Positions 1 through 10,079 of a stretch of 64,000 nucleotides of DNA are shown piece after piece. The notes under the pieces are model-generated. The model saw only the letters and a list, made by a program, of their open reading frames with translations, was not told where the DNA came from and made no database searches. This stretch comes from a virus (lineage: Duplodnaviria > Caudoviricetes): positions 128,001-192,000 of IMG/VR virus record IMGVR_UViG_3300010163_000001, one strand, 5' to 3'. Made by a program: the position numbers and the translations under genes. Every line of letters starts with the position of its first letter. Position 1 is the first letter of the stretch.

Positions 1-95
1 GATTCTTCTAACCAATCACGGTCTTCAAAATCCAGTACTTCTACTTCTTCATCTTCGTCATCTATGAAGTTTCTGTACCTTTTACAATTTAGCAT
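1..95 (-). CDS. 5' part of a hypothetical protein, runs off the window (MLNCKRYRNFIDDEDEEVEVLDFEDRDWLEE...)
   Basis: GAGGTGA RBS before ATG at 95; frame open to the window edge. Confidence 0.6.
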   Translation of the reverse strand, partial: MLNCKRYRNFIDDEDEEVEVLDFEDRDWLEE

Positions 96-244
96 GTATC
101 TCACCTCTTTCTCTTTTGCTATATAAATAATATATAAATCAAGATACTTACTCTTCGTGTCTGTAGATTTTTTATATAATCTTTACTATGAACTTTTATA
201 TAATATTAAAATTCTTATAGATCTAAAGGAGGATTATATATATT

Positions 245-772
245 ATGGATAATTCATATGCTATTGAAAGTTTTATTGAATATTGTGATGGTATGATGAT
301 TGCAACAGAAGGAGTAAAAGAAGGATTTGAAAAAGTAAAAGCTTGGTTGATAAAACAGTTCACAAAACTAATAAATGCAATTCATGGGTGGGTACGCAAA
401 AAGCAGCTCAAACATAATATAAAAGATACTATTAACAATAAAATGGGTGGATCAGCGTTAGCACATGCTTATGATGCATTAGATGGGTTATTGGTAAGAT
501 GCAAAGCTGGTTTAGCGAAATCAAAAGCTCTTAATAATCAGAATCCAGAATTAGCAGAACAATTAAAACAAGAAGTAGAATTCTGCTCCAAAATATATAA
601 AGAACAACTTAAAATATTAAATGGCAATATTGAGGCTGGTCAAGATATAGTTAGTGGTAGTGGTTATAAATACAATGATAAAGAAATGAGCAAATTAAAA
701 AGAAATCAAAAACGAATACAAAAGAGAGATGATAAGTTAAAAAAATCAATGGAATCTTACATGATATATTAA
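245..772 (+). CDS. putative internal head/virion protein with N-terminal propeptide
   Basis: AAGGAGG RBS; N-terminus ESFxxYCDxxxIAxEG shared with 45640..46677; A-x-E resembles a phiKZ-type prohead protease site. Confidence 0.6.
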   Translation: MDNSYAIESFIEYCDGMMIATEGVKEGFEKVKAWLIKQFTKLINAIHGWVRKKQLKHNIKDTINNKMGGSALAHAYDALDGLLVRCKAGLAKSKALNNQNPELAEQLKQEVEFCSKIYKEQLKILNGNIEAGQDIVSGSGYKYNDKEMSKLKRNQKRIQKRDDKLKKSMESYMIY

Positions 773-779
773 AAAAGAA

Positions 780-807
780 GAGAGGCGACATATAATGTCG
801 CCTCTAT
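780..807. terminator. bidirectional intrinsic terminator
   Basis: AGAGGCGACAT/ATGTCGCCTCT inverted repeat between convergent genes. Confidence 0.85.
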
Positions 808-812
808 TTATA

Positions 813-3380
813 TTATTTGATTCCTACTGATATAATATTATCACCAAGCGGTACAGGAACCATTTTTACACATTTTGCTTTTCTTGCTTTTATAGGGATA
901 TTTTCTGCAGTAAACATCTGGTAAGATGTCCTTGTACACACTGTAATGTCAGAATCTTCTTTAATCCCATCAACATATATAATCTTGTCATTTGTTTCTA
1001 ATGTAGCTAAATAAGAAGAAACTTTGCGTTTTCCTGGCTGACCTAAATAACCCAGTTCACATCGTTTCATATGCCCTCTTTCTGTAACTATTAAAAGATG
1101 TGTATCATCATCTCCAATTACGCACATACCTTTACATGCATCGTCTGGAAGCAAATTGATAGATAGTAAACCAGATGCATCTTTAGATTGTACTGGAATG
1201 CGATCTGATTCAATATATGCAAAATTTCCTTTTTCCGTATAGATCAATAGATTAACTGGAACATTTCTTCTATCTAATATAATCCTTCCAGATACCAATT
1301 CATCATCTTCACGTATTTTCATTGCGCGAACATTCTTTTGGTTTCTTTTTGTTGTAAATTCTTTGATATCTGTCTTCTTAAGATATCCATTTTTTGTTAA
1401 AGTCATAATAGATACCTCACCGTCTAATTCATCTTTAATATATTTTTGTGTATCTTCCGCAAAGTATTGAAATGCTTCTACAATCTCACCATTCAACTTC
1501 CCAACATCATAAACTGATACACCATACTGTGATGGTTCACAACTATCAATTTCATGAACTGGAACACATGAATACCTACCAAAATTATCAAACATCATTA
1601 AGGAATCATGATTGTTAATCGTAATTCCATGTAATGGATAATCTTGATTCTTGAAAACCCCTAAAGATGGAGTTTTCTTTTTCAACATAACTGTTTCATC
1701 ATAAGGAAGTTTTTTAACCATTCCCAATTTTGATATCATGACAAAATGATTGGTATCTGCAATTTCCATGGAATCTTCTCCGGAAACAACTCTACTCTTT
1801 CTTCCAGTATCATATTTCAGAAGGTCATCCAACTCGACATCAATACTATCGTCAATTATTTTTGATGATTTTGTCATTGACATGTATCTTTCAAGGTCCT
1901 TTTCTAACTTCTTTTTCTCTTCTACATACTTATCATGTGCATCTCTAGAAAGCATACGTAACTTCATTTCTATAATCTTTTCTGCCTGATAAGAATTAAT
2001 TTTTATCTCTTTATTCGCCGTAAGAGCTTTCACACAATCAGCATCATTATTATTACGGATAATATTCAAAGTCTTATCAGCATTCTTCCCGGATGTTAAC
2101 ACGATTAGTATATCTAAGAATTGTAATCTGGCTTTAATTTTTGTAATTCTCTTATTGATTAGTCGTCTTTTGTATTCTCTCCTGGTATAAATCCAAGAGA
2201 GAATTAACTCTCTCATATTTAGCATTCCAATACTAAGAGCATCTTCTACAACTTTAAAGTTGACAGAAATTGGCTTCTCTAATTGGGTTAATGAGTATAA
2301 TTTCTTTATTATTTTATTCGGATCATGTGCTTTATTAACGATAATATCATACTTTAACTTCTTAGAAGTAATCATATCACCATTTGGACTTTTTTCTCTT
2401 ATTGGATAACTATGATCTTCGATATCTTTAATTGGTAATGTACCTGCTTTTGTTAATTGTGCAAGCTTCTTTCCTATGGAATCCAGTTCAACCATCCATG
2501 GAAGATTATGAACTCTCAGAATCCAAACATTTGGTCTTTTTGGATTTTCCTCCACGGTTATTGTAGCTCGCATTTTTAAAGTTCCATTTCCTGTATCACA
2601 AATTTCTCTTAATGATCCGTTATCTACAATATCACATCCAGTTGGAATATCTGGTATCATGTAGATATTCGGAGCATCTGGGTTACGTAATAATTTCTTT
2701 GTCAGTTTTACAATATCTTGAATTTGATATGGAGGAACGCAAAATGTATTTCCAGTTGCAATTCCAAATCCCCCATTTACCAATATATTCGGAAATTTGC
2801 TTGGAAGGGATAATGGTTCTTCCTCATCCTTTGAAGTATTGAAGATCGTTTCAATACAATCTTCATCATAATCTTTAAAGAAACATTCATATGCGTATTT
2901 ACTCATTACCATTTCAGTATAACGCATGTGAGCATAACCTTTTGGGTGTTCACTATTCCCGAAATTACCAGTTCCTTTAATCAAGGGAACTGTATTTGTA
3001 AAAGGTTGCGCCATTCCCACTAATGTGCCATAAATAGATCCGTCGCCGTGTGGGTGATACGTCATTGTATCACCCGTAACTACAGCACTCTTTTTATTTT
3101 TCCTATCTGGAAGAGCTCCCATTTTAAACATTGTATATAGACTTCTTCGTTCTACCGGTTTCAGCGAATCTGCCAACCTAGGAAGGTGTCTCATCAGATT
3201 AACATTCTGGATGAATAAAGTCATTGCCTGTTTATCAAATTCTCCAGTGTCTTCATCAATAATATTATCTGATTCACCTAAGAAATCTTCCTCCGTAATA
3301 TTATGCCATAAAAGGAGATCATCCTTCTTTTTCTTCTTCACTGTTTTCACCCCCTTTAAACATATAGACATATAATCCAT
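813..3380 (-). CDS. gyrA: type IIA topoisomerase subunit A (GyrA/ParC-like)
   Basis: DSLKPVERR, YHPHGD, GNFG, catalytic MRYTE, FPNILVNG, C-terminal beta-pinwheel repeats. Confidence 0.93.
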   Translation of the reverse strand: MDYMSICLKGVKTVKKKKKDDLLLWHNITEEDFLGESDNIIDEDTGEFDKQAMTLFIQNVNLMRHLPRLADSLKPVERRSLYTMFKMGALPDRKNKKSAVVTGDTMTYHPHGDGSIYGTLVGMAQPFTNTVPLIKGTGNFGNSEHPKGYAHMRYTEMVMSKYAYECFFKDYDEDCIETIFNTSKDEEEPLSLPSKFPNILVNGGFGIATGNTFCVPPYQIQDIVKLTKKLLRNPDAPNIYMIPDIPTGCDIVDNGSLREICDTGNGTLKMRATITVEENPKRPNVWILRVHNLPWMVELDSIGKKLAQLTKAGTLPIKDIEDHSYPIREKSPNGDMITSKKLKYDIIVNKAHDPNKIIKKLYSLTQLEKPISVNFKVVEDALSIGMLNMRELILSWIYTRREYKRRLINKRITKIKARLQFLDILIVLTSGKNADKTLNIIRNNNDADCVKALTANKEIKINSYQAEKIIEMKLRMLSRDAHDKYVEEKKKLEKDLERYMSMTKSSKIIDDSIDVELDDLLKYDTGRKSRVVSGEDSMEIADTNHFVMISKLGMVKKLPYDETVMLKKKTPSLGVFKNQDYPLHGITINNHDSLMMFDNFGRYSCVPVHEIDSCEPSQYGVSVYDVGKLNGEIVEAFQYFAEDTQKYIKDELDGEVSIMTLTKNGYLKKTDIKEFTTKRNQKNVRAMKIREDDELVSGRIILDRRNVPVNLLIYTEKGNFAYIESDRIPVQSKDASGLLSINLLPDDACKGMCVIGDDDTHLLIVTERGHMKRCELGYLGQPGKRKVSSYLATLETNDKIIYVDGIKEDSDITVCTRTSYQMFTAENIPIKARKAKCVKMVPVPLGDNIISVGIK

Positions 3381-3960
3381 TTAAAAATCCTTCCTCAAAA
3401 GCTCCCGGGAAATATATATCACATTCTTCTTTTAATTTCTTTATCTCCGGATTATTCTCTATGTCTGAAAGGACAACATTCTCAATTGTTGGCAACAATT
3501 TTGCAACTTTAGTTGTTACTATCTTTACTATATCTTTATATGATTTAGTGTTCACGACAATATCCAAACTCCAGCTTGCACATTTTATATATGAAGAAAG
3601 AAGTCTGTTTTCATCTTTTATAACACCACTTTTGCTCATACCAACAAAATTTCTCGAATTAATTGATCTGAGTTCATCTATAATTATTTCTTTTATATTT
3701 TTACCAACCATTTCATAGTTTATTATCTTATTCTCCCCATTATTTTCGTCCTCTTTCCTCTCTTCTTCACACATGTCAATGTAAATTTTCCATTTTATCT
3801 TTTTAGCATTAGGGAAATTCTTTTTCGTTTCTGTTCCAGGATTTGTAAGGATAAATTCTCCCTCTGTTTGGTCATCTTCCAATTTCGATATAATTTTATT
3901 TACAAGGTCATCCCTATCTTCCCCGGCTAATTTTGAATATAAAATATCATTTTTATTCAT
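3319..3960 (-). CDS. hypothetical protein between gyrB and gyrA
   Basis: 213-aa ORF with AAGGGG RBS, co-oriented. Confidence 0.7.
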   Translation of the reverse strand: MNKNDILYSKLAGEDRDDLVNKIISKLEDDQTEGEFILTNPGTETKKNFPNAKKIKWKIYIDMCEEERKEDENNGENKIINYEMVGKNIKEIIIDELRSINSRNFVGMSKSGVIKDENRLLSSYIKCASWSLDIVVNTKSYKDIVKIVTTKVAKLLPTIENVVLSDIENNPEIKKLKEECDIYFPGAFEEGFLNGLYVYMFKGGENSEEEKEG

Positions 3961-4108
3961 TTTCCTTGTCCCCCTTTATAATAATGCCATTATAAGATTT
4001 CGTCGCGTCTGCTTCCCTTTTACATATTTCAATTATCTTTTCCCAAAATTCTCTAAACGAACTTCCTTGAAATTCCAACATTAAAAGTCCATTTCTATTT
4101 TCTACCAT
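3953..4108 (-). CDS. small hypothetical protein (51 aa, MVENRNGLLMLEFQGSSFREFWEK...)
   Basis: GGAGG RBS just after the gyrB stop; its stop overlaps the next start; below the ORF-track cutoff. Confidence 0.55.
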   Translation of the reverse strand: MVENRNGLLMLEFQGSSFREFWEKIIEICKREADATKSYNGIIIKGDKENE

Positions 4109-4117
4109 CTTTTCCTC

Positions 4118-6529
4118 CTAATTATCAAGATCCATATAACTAATTTCTGCATTATCTAGCAAGTCTCTCCTAAGTTGTCTCACTTCTGCTGTCTTTCCAT
4201 GTAACAAATGGAATGTTTTTAACGTCTCTTCCATATCATTAATGTTAAATCTGATTAGCTTTCTGATTTTTGGATTCAAGGTCGTAGCAAATATTACTTC
4301 TGGATCCATTTCTCCAATACCTTTGTAACGCTGGTCAATCTTAATTGTAAAGGTTCTTTCCATCATATATAGGAAATCCCCTATTGTATATCGATCATAA
4401 TCATCATTATTATCATTTCTATTTTTTACAAATACAAAGACAGAAAAATTCTTTTCTAATATATTCATAAATTTCTTTGCTGCTCTCCAGAAAATATCAT
4501 CTACAATTAAAGAGATCGATTGTTTCTCATGTGATCCATCAATCAACTTCTCTTTTATATCATAGGTTAATTCTGGAAACTCTTTTTCAATTGCTTCCTT
4601 AAATTCAAACTCATCTTTCGTGTTTTCCTTCGCAAAACATACGAATTCTAATACAGATGTTACTTCACAAGACGTCCTAGCTTTCAATCGTGTTAACTCA
4701 TCTGTATATTCCACATTTGTCTTTAGCCATTTCTTAGCATCTTTCTTCTTTAATTCAATTGCATCATTAGAATGCCACTCATGCAATACTATGTTTGTAT
4801 TGTCAGAAATGATCTTGTTAAGTACATCATAATACTCCTCTCTACTATATAAATATAGAGATCCATTATACCATTTCTTTACAGTTTTTGGATTGAGAAT
4901 TAATAATGGTGGAAGTGCTTTGTACACTTTCCCTTGTATAATGAGTTCTGGCATACATAACACAATGAATAATAATATCAAAGATGAAATATTATTCCCG
5001 TCTGTATCTGCATCTGACTCAATAATAATCTTGTCATACTTCAACTTTGTAATGTCAAAATTTGGTCCAATCCCACAGCCCAATACAACTGTCAGATTAT
5101 GAAATACTTTACATTCCTGAAATACTTTCAATGGGGACATTCCAGAAACATTGTTAACTACTCCCATGACTCCAAATACTGCTTGATATCTACTATTTCT
5201 TGCAGTATCAATTGCAACTCCTGCAGATTCTCCTTCAGCAATAATAATCTCACTGTATCCATTATAATTCCGATCTGCCAATGGATACCACATTGGTATT
5301 TCAGTATCGTCTAAGAAAGTCGTCTGCTTCTTCATAACAGCACCTTTTATTTTATGTGCTTCCATACGAATTTTTGCAATTGTTCTCAGGTATGATATAA
5401 TCCTTCGAAGTAATGCATTATTCGCATTAAAGTATTTATATAATGCTTCTGTCAATCCTTTCTTTCCATTCTTTAATACGTCCGCATTTGATACTCTAGT
5501 TTTATGCTGTCCTTCATAAGCAGGATCAATATGCTTACAATTTATACAATAAATCAATCCTTTCTTACAGTCTTCAAATGTAACTTCATACTTCGCATTT
5601 GGATCTAATTTCTTTGCTTCTCTACAGAAGAAATCACAAATTGCTCTTAATGCAACCGTTTCATGATTTCCTCCCTCTGTCGTATTTACATAATTACAAT
5701 AACTATTCACGATCGTGTCATCAATTGTCTTATCATAAGAAAATGCCAATTCCAAATCAAAGTCATCTGTAATAGATACAACTTCCACTGGATTAAATTC
5801 CAAACTGGAACTGAGGTATCGCACATTCTCAGCTAATCCTTGCCTCTTATATTTTATTACCCGAGACGGTTTCTTTTTTGCATAATCCTTCGGATCAATG
5901 TCTTTATCATATTCATAAAGATTAACCTTAATATCATTTCTCATGATATAAGACATTCTTCGAAAGTAATCTTCTATTTGATAACACTCTAATTTCACAT
6001 CTCCTTTCAAATATTCTGAAGAGGGAATAAATTTTACTGCTAATCCATATTTCGGACTTTTTAGTTTTACCGGTTTATGATCCTTAATCTCTCCATCAAC
6101 AACTTCTACCATTTTAGATTCATTTCCTCGATAAGATATCATGGAGAAATACTTAGCACATGCCGCAGATACTACCAAACCGACGCCATTCCTACCACAT
6201 TGCTCTTTCATTTGTTGACCTTCACGAATGAATTTTGTAGATGTATGCTTTTTTGTACATACATCTAGTAACTTATCAAATGGGATTCCTCTACTAGAAT
6301 CAATTGTCATAAAACTTTGCTCTACTTCATCAAATATTGCATCAAATTCTGTAGATAATGCTTCTGGATTTACAGCTTCATCAAATTCATTATTCACTAA
6401 TTCTTTGATGATGTGTTTTGCTCCGTCCGTACCTAATTTTGAAATATACATACCGAGAGCAGTTCGAATTTGTTCGAACTCATCATCAATTTCCATATAA
6501 ACATCATCTTTAATGTTTTTTAACTCCAT
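4118..6529 (-). CDS. gyrB: type IIA topoisomerase subunit B (GyrB/ParE-like)
   Basis: GHKL motifs ELVNNEFDE, DSSRGIP, GRNGVG; TOPRIM AEGESA and DADTDG; QRYKGIGEMDP. Confidence 0.93.
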   Translation of the reverse strand: MELKNIKDDVYMEIDDEFEQIRTALGMYISKLGTDGAKHIIKELVNNEFDEAVNPEALSTEFDAIFDEVEQSFMTIDSSRGIPFDKLLDVCTKKHTSTKFIREGQQMKEQCGRNGVGLVVSAACAKYFSMISYRGNESKMVEVVDGEIKDHKPVKLKSPKYGLAVKFIPSSEYLKGDVKLECYQIEDYFRRMSYIMRNDIKVNLYEYDKDIDPKDYAKKKPSRVIKYKRQGLAENVRYLSSSLEFNPVEVVSITDDFDLELAFSYDKTIDDTIVNSYCNYVNTTEGGNHETVALRAICDFFCREAKKLDPNAKYEVTFEDCKKGLIYCINCKHIDPAYEGQHKTRVSNADVLKNGKKGLTEALYKYFNANNALLRRIISYLRTIAKIRMEAHKIKGAVMKKQTTFLDDTEIPMWYPLADRNYNGYSEIIIAEGESAGVAIDTARNSRYQAVFGVMGVVNNVSGMSPLKVFQECKVFHNLTVVLGCGIGPNFDITKLKYDKIIIESDADTDGNNISSLILLFIVLCMPELIIQGKVYKALPPLLILNPKTVKKWYNGSLYLYSREEYYDVLNKIISDNTNIVLHEWHSNDAIELKKKDAKKWLKTNVEYTDELTRLKARTSCEVTSVLEFVCFAKENTKDEFEFKEAIEKEFPELTYDIKEKLIDGSHEKQSISLIVDDIFWRAAKKFMNILEKNFSVFVFVKNRNDNNDDYDRYTIGDFLYMMERTFTIKIDQRYKGIGEMDPEVIFATTLNPKIRKLIRFNINDMEETLKTFHLLHGKTAEVRQLRRDLLDNAEISYMDLDN

Positions 6530-6651
6530 TGGTTTTCACTCCTTTCTAAATGATTTGTTTTGATATATTTTTATTTTAAAAATATATCAAGGTATTCCCA
6601 CTTACATAAAAAGAATATATTTACATTTAAAAAATAAAAAAAGAGCAGCGA

Positions 6652-6906
6652 TTAATCGCTGCTCTCCTCGTTTTCAAGGCGATTGATCACCTGATCAAAC
6701 AGAGGTTTAATATCGTTTCTGACTTGATATTGAACCTTTGATATGTTTGTTACGAATACATCCTGATTAGGATAACGTTCACCCGTAACCTTGATCATGT
6801 CAATTGCCCTATCAACTAAAGCACATGCCTTTGCAAGCATATCTTTTTGTTCTTCATGCGATAAAGCATTCCATTGTTCTTGTGTCATACTTATTCCTCC
6901 TTTCAT
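6652..6906 (-). CDS. small hypothetical protein, truncated paralog of 8285..8743
   Basis: ACALVDRAIDMIKV...SKVQYQVRNDI aligns to ACDVIDRACDTIKI...SETQYRVRNEI. Confidence 0.75.
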   Translation of the reverse strand: MKGGISMTQEQWNALSHEEQKDMLAKACALVDRAIDMIKVTGERYPNQDVFVTNISKVQYQVRNDIKPLFDQVINRLENEESSD

Positions 6907-6910
6907 CTTA

Positions 6911-6925
6911 ATAAAAGAATATATA
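6911..6925 (-). promoter_or_regulatory. early-type phage promoter motif ATATATT(C/A/T)TT (representative copy)
   Basis: recurs at heads of non-structural operons. Confidence 0.5.
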
Positions 6926-6951
6926 GAGGAAAGTATGAATTATGCGTAATA

Positions 6952-8205
6952 TTAATCTTTAATAGTTCTTGTCCCTCGTGTTTCGCGAATAATATTTTGA
7001 TTATCTTTCACGACAGTATAACCGTCATCATATAATTCTGTTAACGTATCTTTGTAAAAGACTGGATAACGAGAAGACCATCCTGCTGCATGTTCATGTC
7101 CTCCACCATTCATACCAAATGCTTTAAAGAAGCATGTAGCAACAATTTCACAATTTAATCCGTTATTTTTCTTTGAATACATGCTATATTTATATTGCTC
7201 TCCATCAAATGTAAAGATAGAAACAGCATCATATTCTTCAAATTTATCTCCAAATACTTCACTATTTCCTCTTGCATTCACGCATAAAATTTTTGCGACC
7301 CTTTTATAGTCTTTCATGTCTATTTTTATTCCGGCTTCAAATGATGAATTAGCAATTAGTTGCTCATTGCGTACTTTATCAATTTCAGAAACTGTTCTTC
7401 CTTTATTAATCAGATAGCTTAGTTGTTGATCACCTAAAGGTATTATTTTCCAAGCAAGATTTATATCATTAATATCGGATTTTGAAATTTCTTTATAAAC
7501 TGCCCGATACCAAACGCAATCTTTATTCATTTCTAACCATCTTGAAGATACGCTCCTAAGATCTTTCATAATATATATAAAAAATGGATATACATCTTCG
7601 CCGTTATACTTTAAAAATGCATTGTTCAATCCAGTAATATTACATCCCATAACAAAGTTTGTCGATTCAGATAATTCTTGCCTCCAGGTATCATAATCAG
7701 AAACTAATTCAACAACCCGAGGAACATAAGGTTTATTTAGTCCTTCTAAAGCGCTTTCTTTAGAAGGACATATTATAGACATTGAACTACTGAGCTTATT
7801 CCAGATGTAAAGCATGTAAATATATGTTAAATAACATCCTGCATATTTTGGATCTTTTGTATAAACAAATCCTTTCTTTGCTAATTCTTCGAGTTCTGAA
7901 TGCTCTTTAATTAACCGATTAGATGAATCATGGTGGTCAATCCAGATAATATCAACCCCTTCATCCATCAGACGGATAACATTCTCGATATCATTTGTTC
8001 TCGTAAATGAATAATCCACAATAAACATCCGGTCTCCTGATTTAACTTCTGAGACATCCATATCTTTCGAATGTTCTACTGATTGAAATATCATTTCGAT
8101 GTTTTCTGCATGATAGGGATGACTTTCAAATGAAAGCAATGCTTTCAAAACTGCTGCTGCACAATAACCATCTGCATCAAAGTGATGAAAAATAAAAGTG
8201 TTCAT
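6952..8205 (-). CDS. DHH/DHHA1 family phosphoesterase
   Basis: HHFDADG, IVDYS, WIDHH, VSDYD, GGGHEHAAG motifs; start moved to ATG 8205 after a GGAGG RBS. Confidence 0.88.
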   Translation of the reverse strand: MNTFIFHHFDADGYCAAAVLKALLSFESHPYHAENIEMIFQSVEHSKDMDVSEVKSGDRMFIVDYSFTRTNDIENVIRLMDEGVDIIWIDHHDSSNRLIKEHSELEELAKKGFVYTKDPKYAGCYLTYIYMLYIWNKLSSSMSIICPSKESALEGLNKPYVPRVVELVSDYDTWRQELSESTNFVMGCNITGLNNAFLKYNGEDVYPFFIYIMKDLRSVSSRWLEMNKDCVWYRAVYKEISKSDINDINLAWKIIPLGDQQLSYLINKGRTVSEIDKVRNEQLIANSSFEAGIKIDMKDYKRVAKILCVNARGNSEVFGDKFEEYDAVSIFTFDGEQYKYSMYSKKNNGLNCEIVATCFFKAFGMNGGGHEHAAGWSSRYPVFYKDTLTELYDDGYTVVKDNQNIIRETRGTRTIKD

Positions 8206-8284
8206 TAAATAAAAACCTCCTTTTAATAAAAAATAATTATTGGAATGGCTTATAAAGAAAGCCATTCCAATATAAATTTCATAA

Positions 8285-8743
8285 TTAGCGATGTACTTCC
8301 GGTTTTGCCCATGAAGAATTCCCGCCGCTTCTTCCTCGGCTTCCATTTCCTCGTGACTTGTTATTCGATTTTAATGCCGCTCCGTACATCTTAATTATTT
8401 CGTTCCTTACCCGATATTGGGTTTCTGAGACATTGTCTCGCATCTTTTGTTCTGACTCCTTAGATAAATCTAAGGAAATCTTAATTGTGTCACATGCTCT
8501 GTCGATAACATCACATGCAAATCTTAAATCGTCTTCCGGAATGGGATCGAGATACAAGTCTTTTTCACATTCATTGCACACATATTTTAATTCACCATGT
8601 TGCCTGTCTCTTGCTGGAATGATATCAAGATCTCCGGTTTTTGGCTTTGTATGTGTACAATCACACATATTTTTCTCATTCAACTTGTGAAGGTTCCTCT
8701 CCTGCTCTCGGATCGCTCCCTTCCTTTTCTTTGGATTTGCCAT
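8285..8743 (-). CDS. hypothetical zinc-binding protein with RG-rich tail
   Basis: CxCxH...CxxC; AAAGGAG RBS. Confidence 0.75.
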   Translation of the reverse strand: MANPKKRKGAIREQERNLHKLNEKNMCDCTHTKPKTGDLDIIPARDRQHGELKYVCNECEKDLYLDPIPEDDLRFACDVIDRACDTIKISLDLSKESEQKMRDNVSETQYRVRNEIIKMYGAALKSNNKSRGNGSRGRSGGNSSWAKPEVHR

Positions 8744-8905
8744 TTTGCATTTCTCCTTTCAATTTGTTTGTGTTATTGCGCAAGAACACAATACGGTTTC
8801 CCGATTACGGTAAAGTTCGATATCATATAAAAATCTATTTTAATCGTACTTCTGTAATCGGGAAACCATCGGTTGTATTCCTCATAAACAATATATTCTT
8901 ATTTT

Positions 8906-9211
8906 TTATCTTAATGTAATTGGGTCAATACGTTTGTCTTTATCCTTTTCAGATAAAACATTTATTGTCTCAATAAATTCAGTCGTTAAAAATGTTTCAA
9001 ATTCGATTGCGGGATATCCATGACTAATATCTTTATGTTTTATTATCATGCAATCGGCCCCTCCAATTGTATCGAACGAAATATCGCTGAGTTGTGGAGA
9101 ACTTTGATATCCTATGAATAGATGTTTTCCATTATTCAAACTAATTGAATTTATTCGATCTCCATATTTGTCAAACATTTCCTTGACACCTTCATTTGTC
9201 CATAATGCCAT
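8906..9211 (-). CDS. hypothetical protein
   Basis: AAGGAGG RBS, 101 aa. Confidence 0.75.
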   Translation of the reverse strand: MALWTNEGVKEMFDKYGDRINSISLNNGKHLFIGYQSSPQLSDISFDTIGGADCMIIKHKDISHGYPAIEFETFLTTEFIETINVLSEKDKDKRIDPITLR

Positions 9212-9231
9212 CTCGTAATCCTCCTTATATC

Positions 9232-9708
9232 TTATATGATAATTTTAATTAATCGGGTGTTTATCTCAGATTCTTTTTCTCTATGCGCATGTATTTCTTT
9301 CTGCATCTTTGAGGTTTCTTCTGCATTTAACACATCTGATAAGCTAAGACACTCACCAACAGTCGTTACGACATTGCTTAAACTTTGAATATATTCAAAG
9401 TTTGTGGCACCTACTGTATGAAGGTTTGATAATTGAGTTTCGATTTCTTCAATGGAGAAACTTTCACGAACATCTTTTAGCCCCGCAGATAACGATTCAA
9501 TTGAATTCTCTATCCTAGTCAATCTTTCGTCCTCCTCTATTCTGCGTTGTTCTTCTTGCTCTCGTCGTATATTTTCATTTTCTTCTACGAGAGCTTTAAA
9601 GTCTTCCGACTCTTTTGCTCTCTTATTCTGGTTAACTCCTATCAATGCTACAATAATTGTAGTTGCTGCTGAAATTAAGATACTAAGAATAGAAATGAAA
9701 TATTCCAT
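9232..9708 (-). CDS. membrane-anchored coiled-coil protein, possibly lysis-related
   Basis: N-terminal TM helix plus coiled coil; near the holin. Confidence 0.65.
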   Translation of the reverse strand: MEYFISILSILISAATTIIVALIGVNQNKRAKESEDFKALVEENENIRREQEEQRRIEEDERLTRIENSIESLSAGLKDVRESFSIEEIETQLSNLHTVGATNFEYIQSLSNVVTTVGECLSLSDVLNAEETSKMQKEIHAHREKESEINTRLIKIII

Positions 9709-9908
9709 CTATGTCACCACCTTATCCTCCTTTTTCGGATTATTTTTTAAAAGACTTATGATATTCTTAGTACCGTAATTTTATTTAAATGTTACGGAAT
9801 AAAATCATGTCAGACTTTTAAAAGTCTGACATGATTCATGAGGGGTAACACATCAATTATAAATACTTTAGGATAGCCTTTTGCTTTAGTATAAAGTTTA
9901 TGTGTGTA

Positions 9909-10079
9909 TTAAAATTTATTCTTTAATACATATTTTCGATATTCTTCCTCTGTCATTTCTGTAATACGTCCACATTTCGAACAAGGGAAGTCTATCTTTC
10001 CATTATTTTTATTTAGATGATAGTTTTCTATCAGTTCTCCACACTTTTTACATTTAATAGGAAACGCAATGGCAATCAT
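9909..10079 (-). CDS. 56-aa zinc-ribbon protein (MIAIAFPIKCKKCGE...FPCSKCGR...)
   Basis: two CxxC motifs; ATG overlaps the holin stop (TAATG); not in the ORF track. Confidence 0.7.
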   Translation of the reverse strand: MIAIAFPIKCKKCGELIENYHLNKNNGKIDFPCSKCGRITEMTEEEYRKYVLKNKF

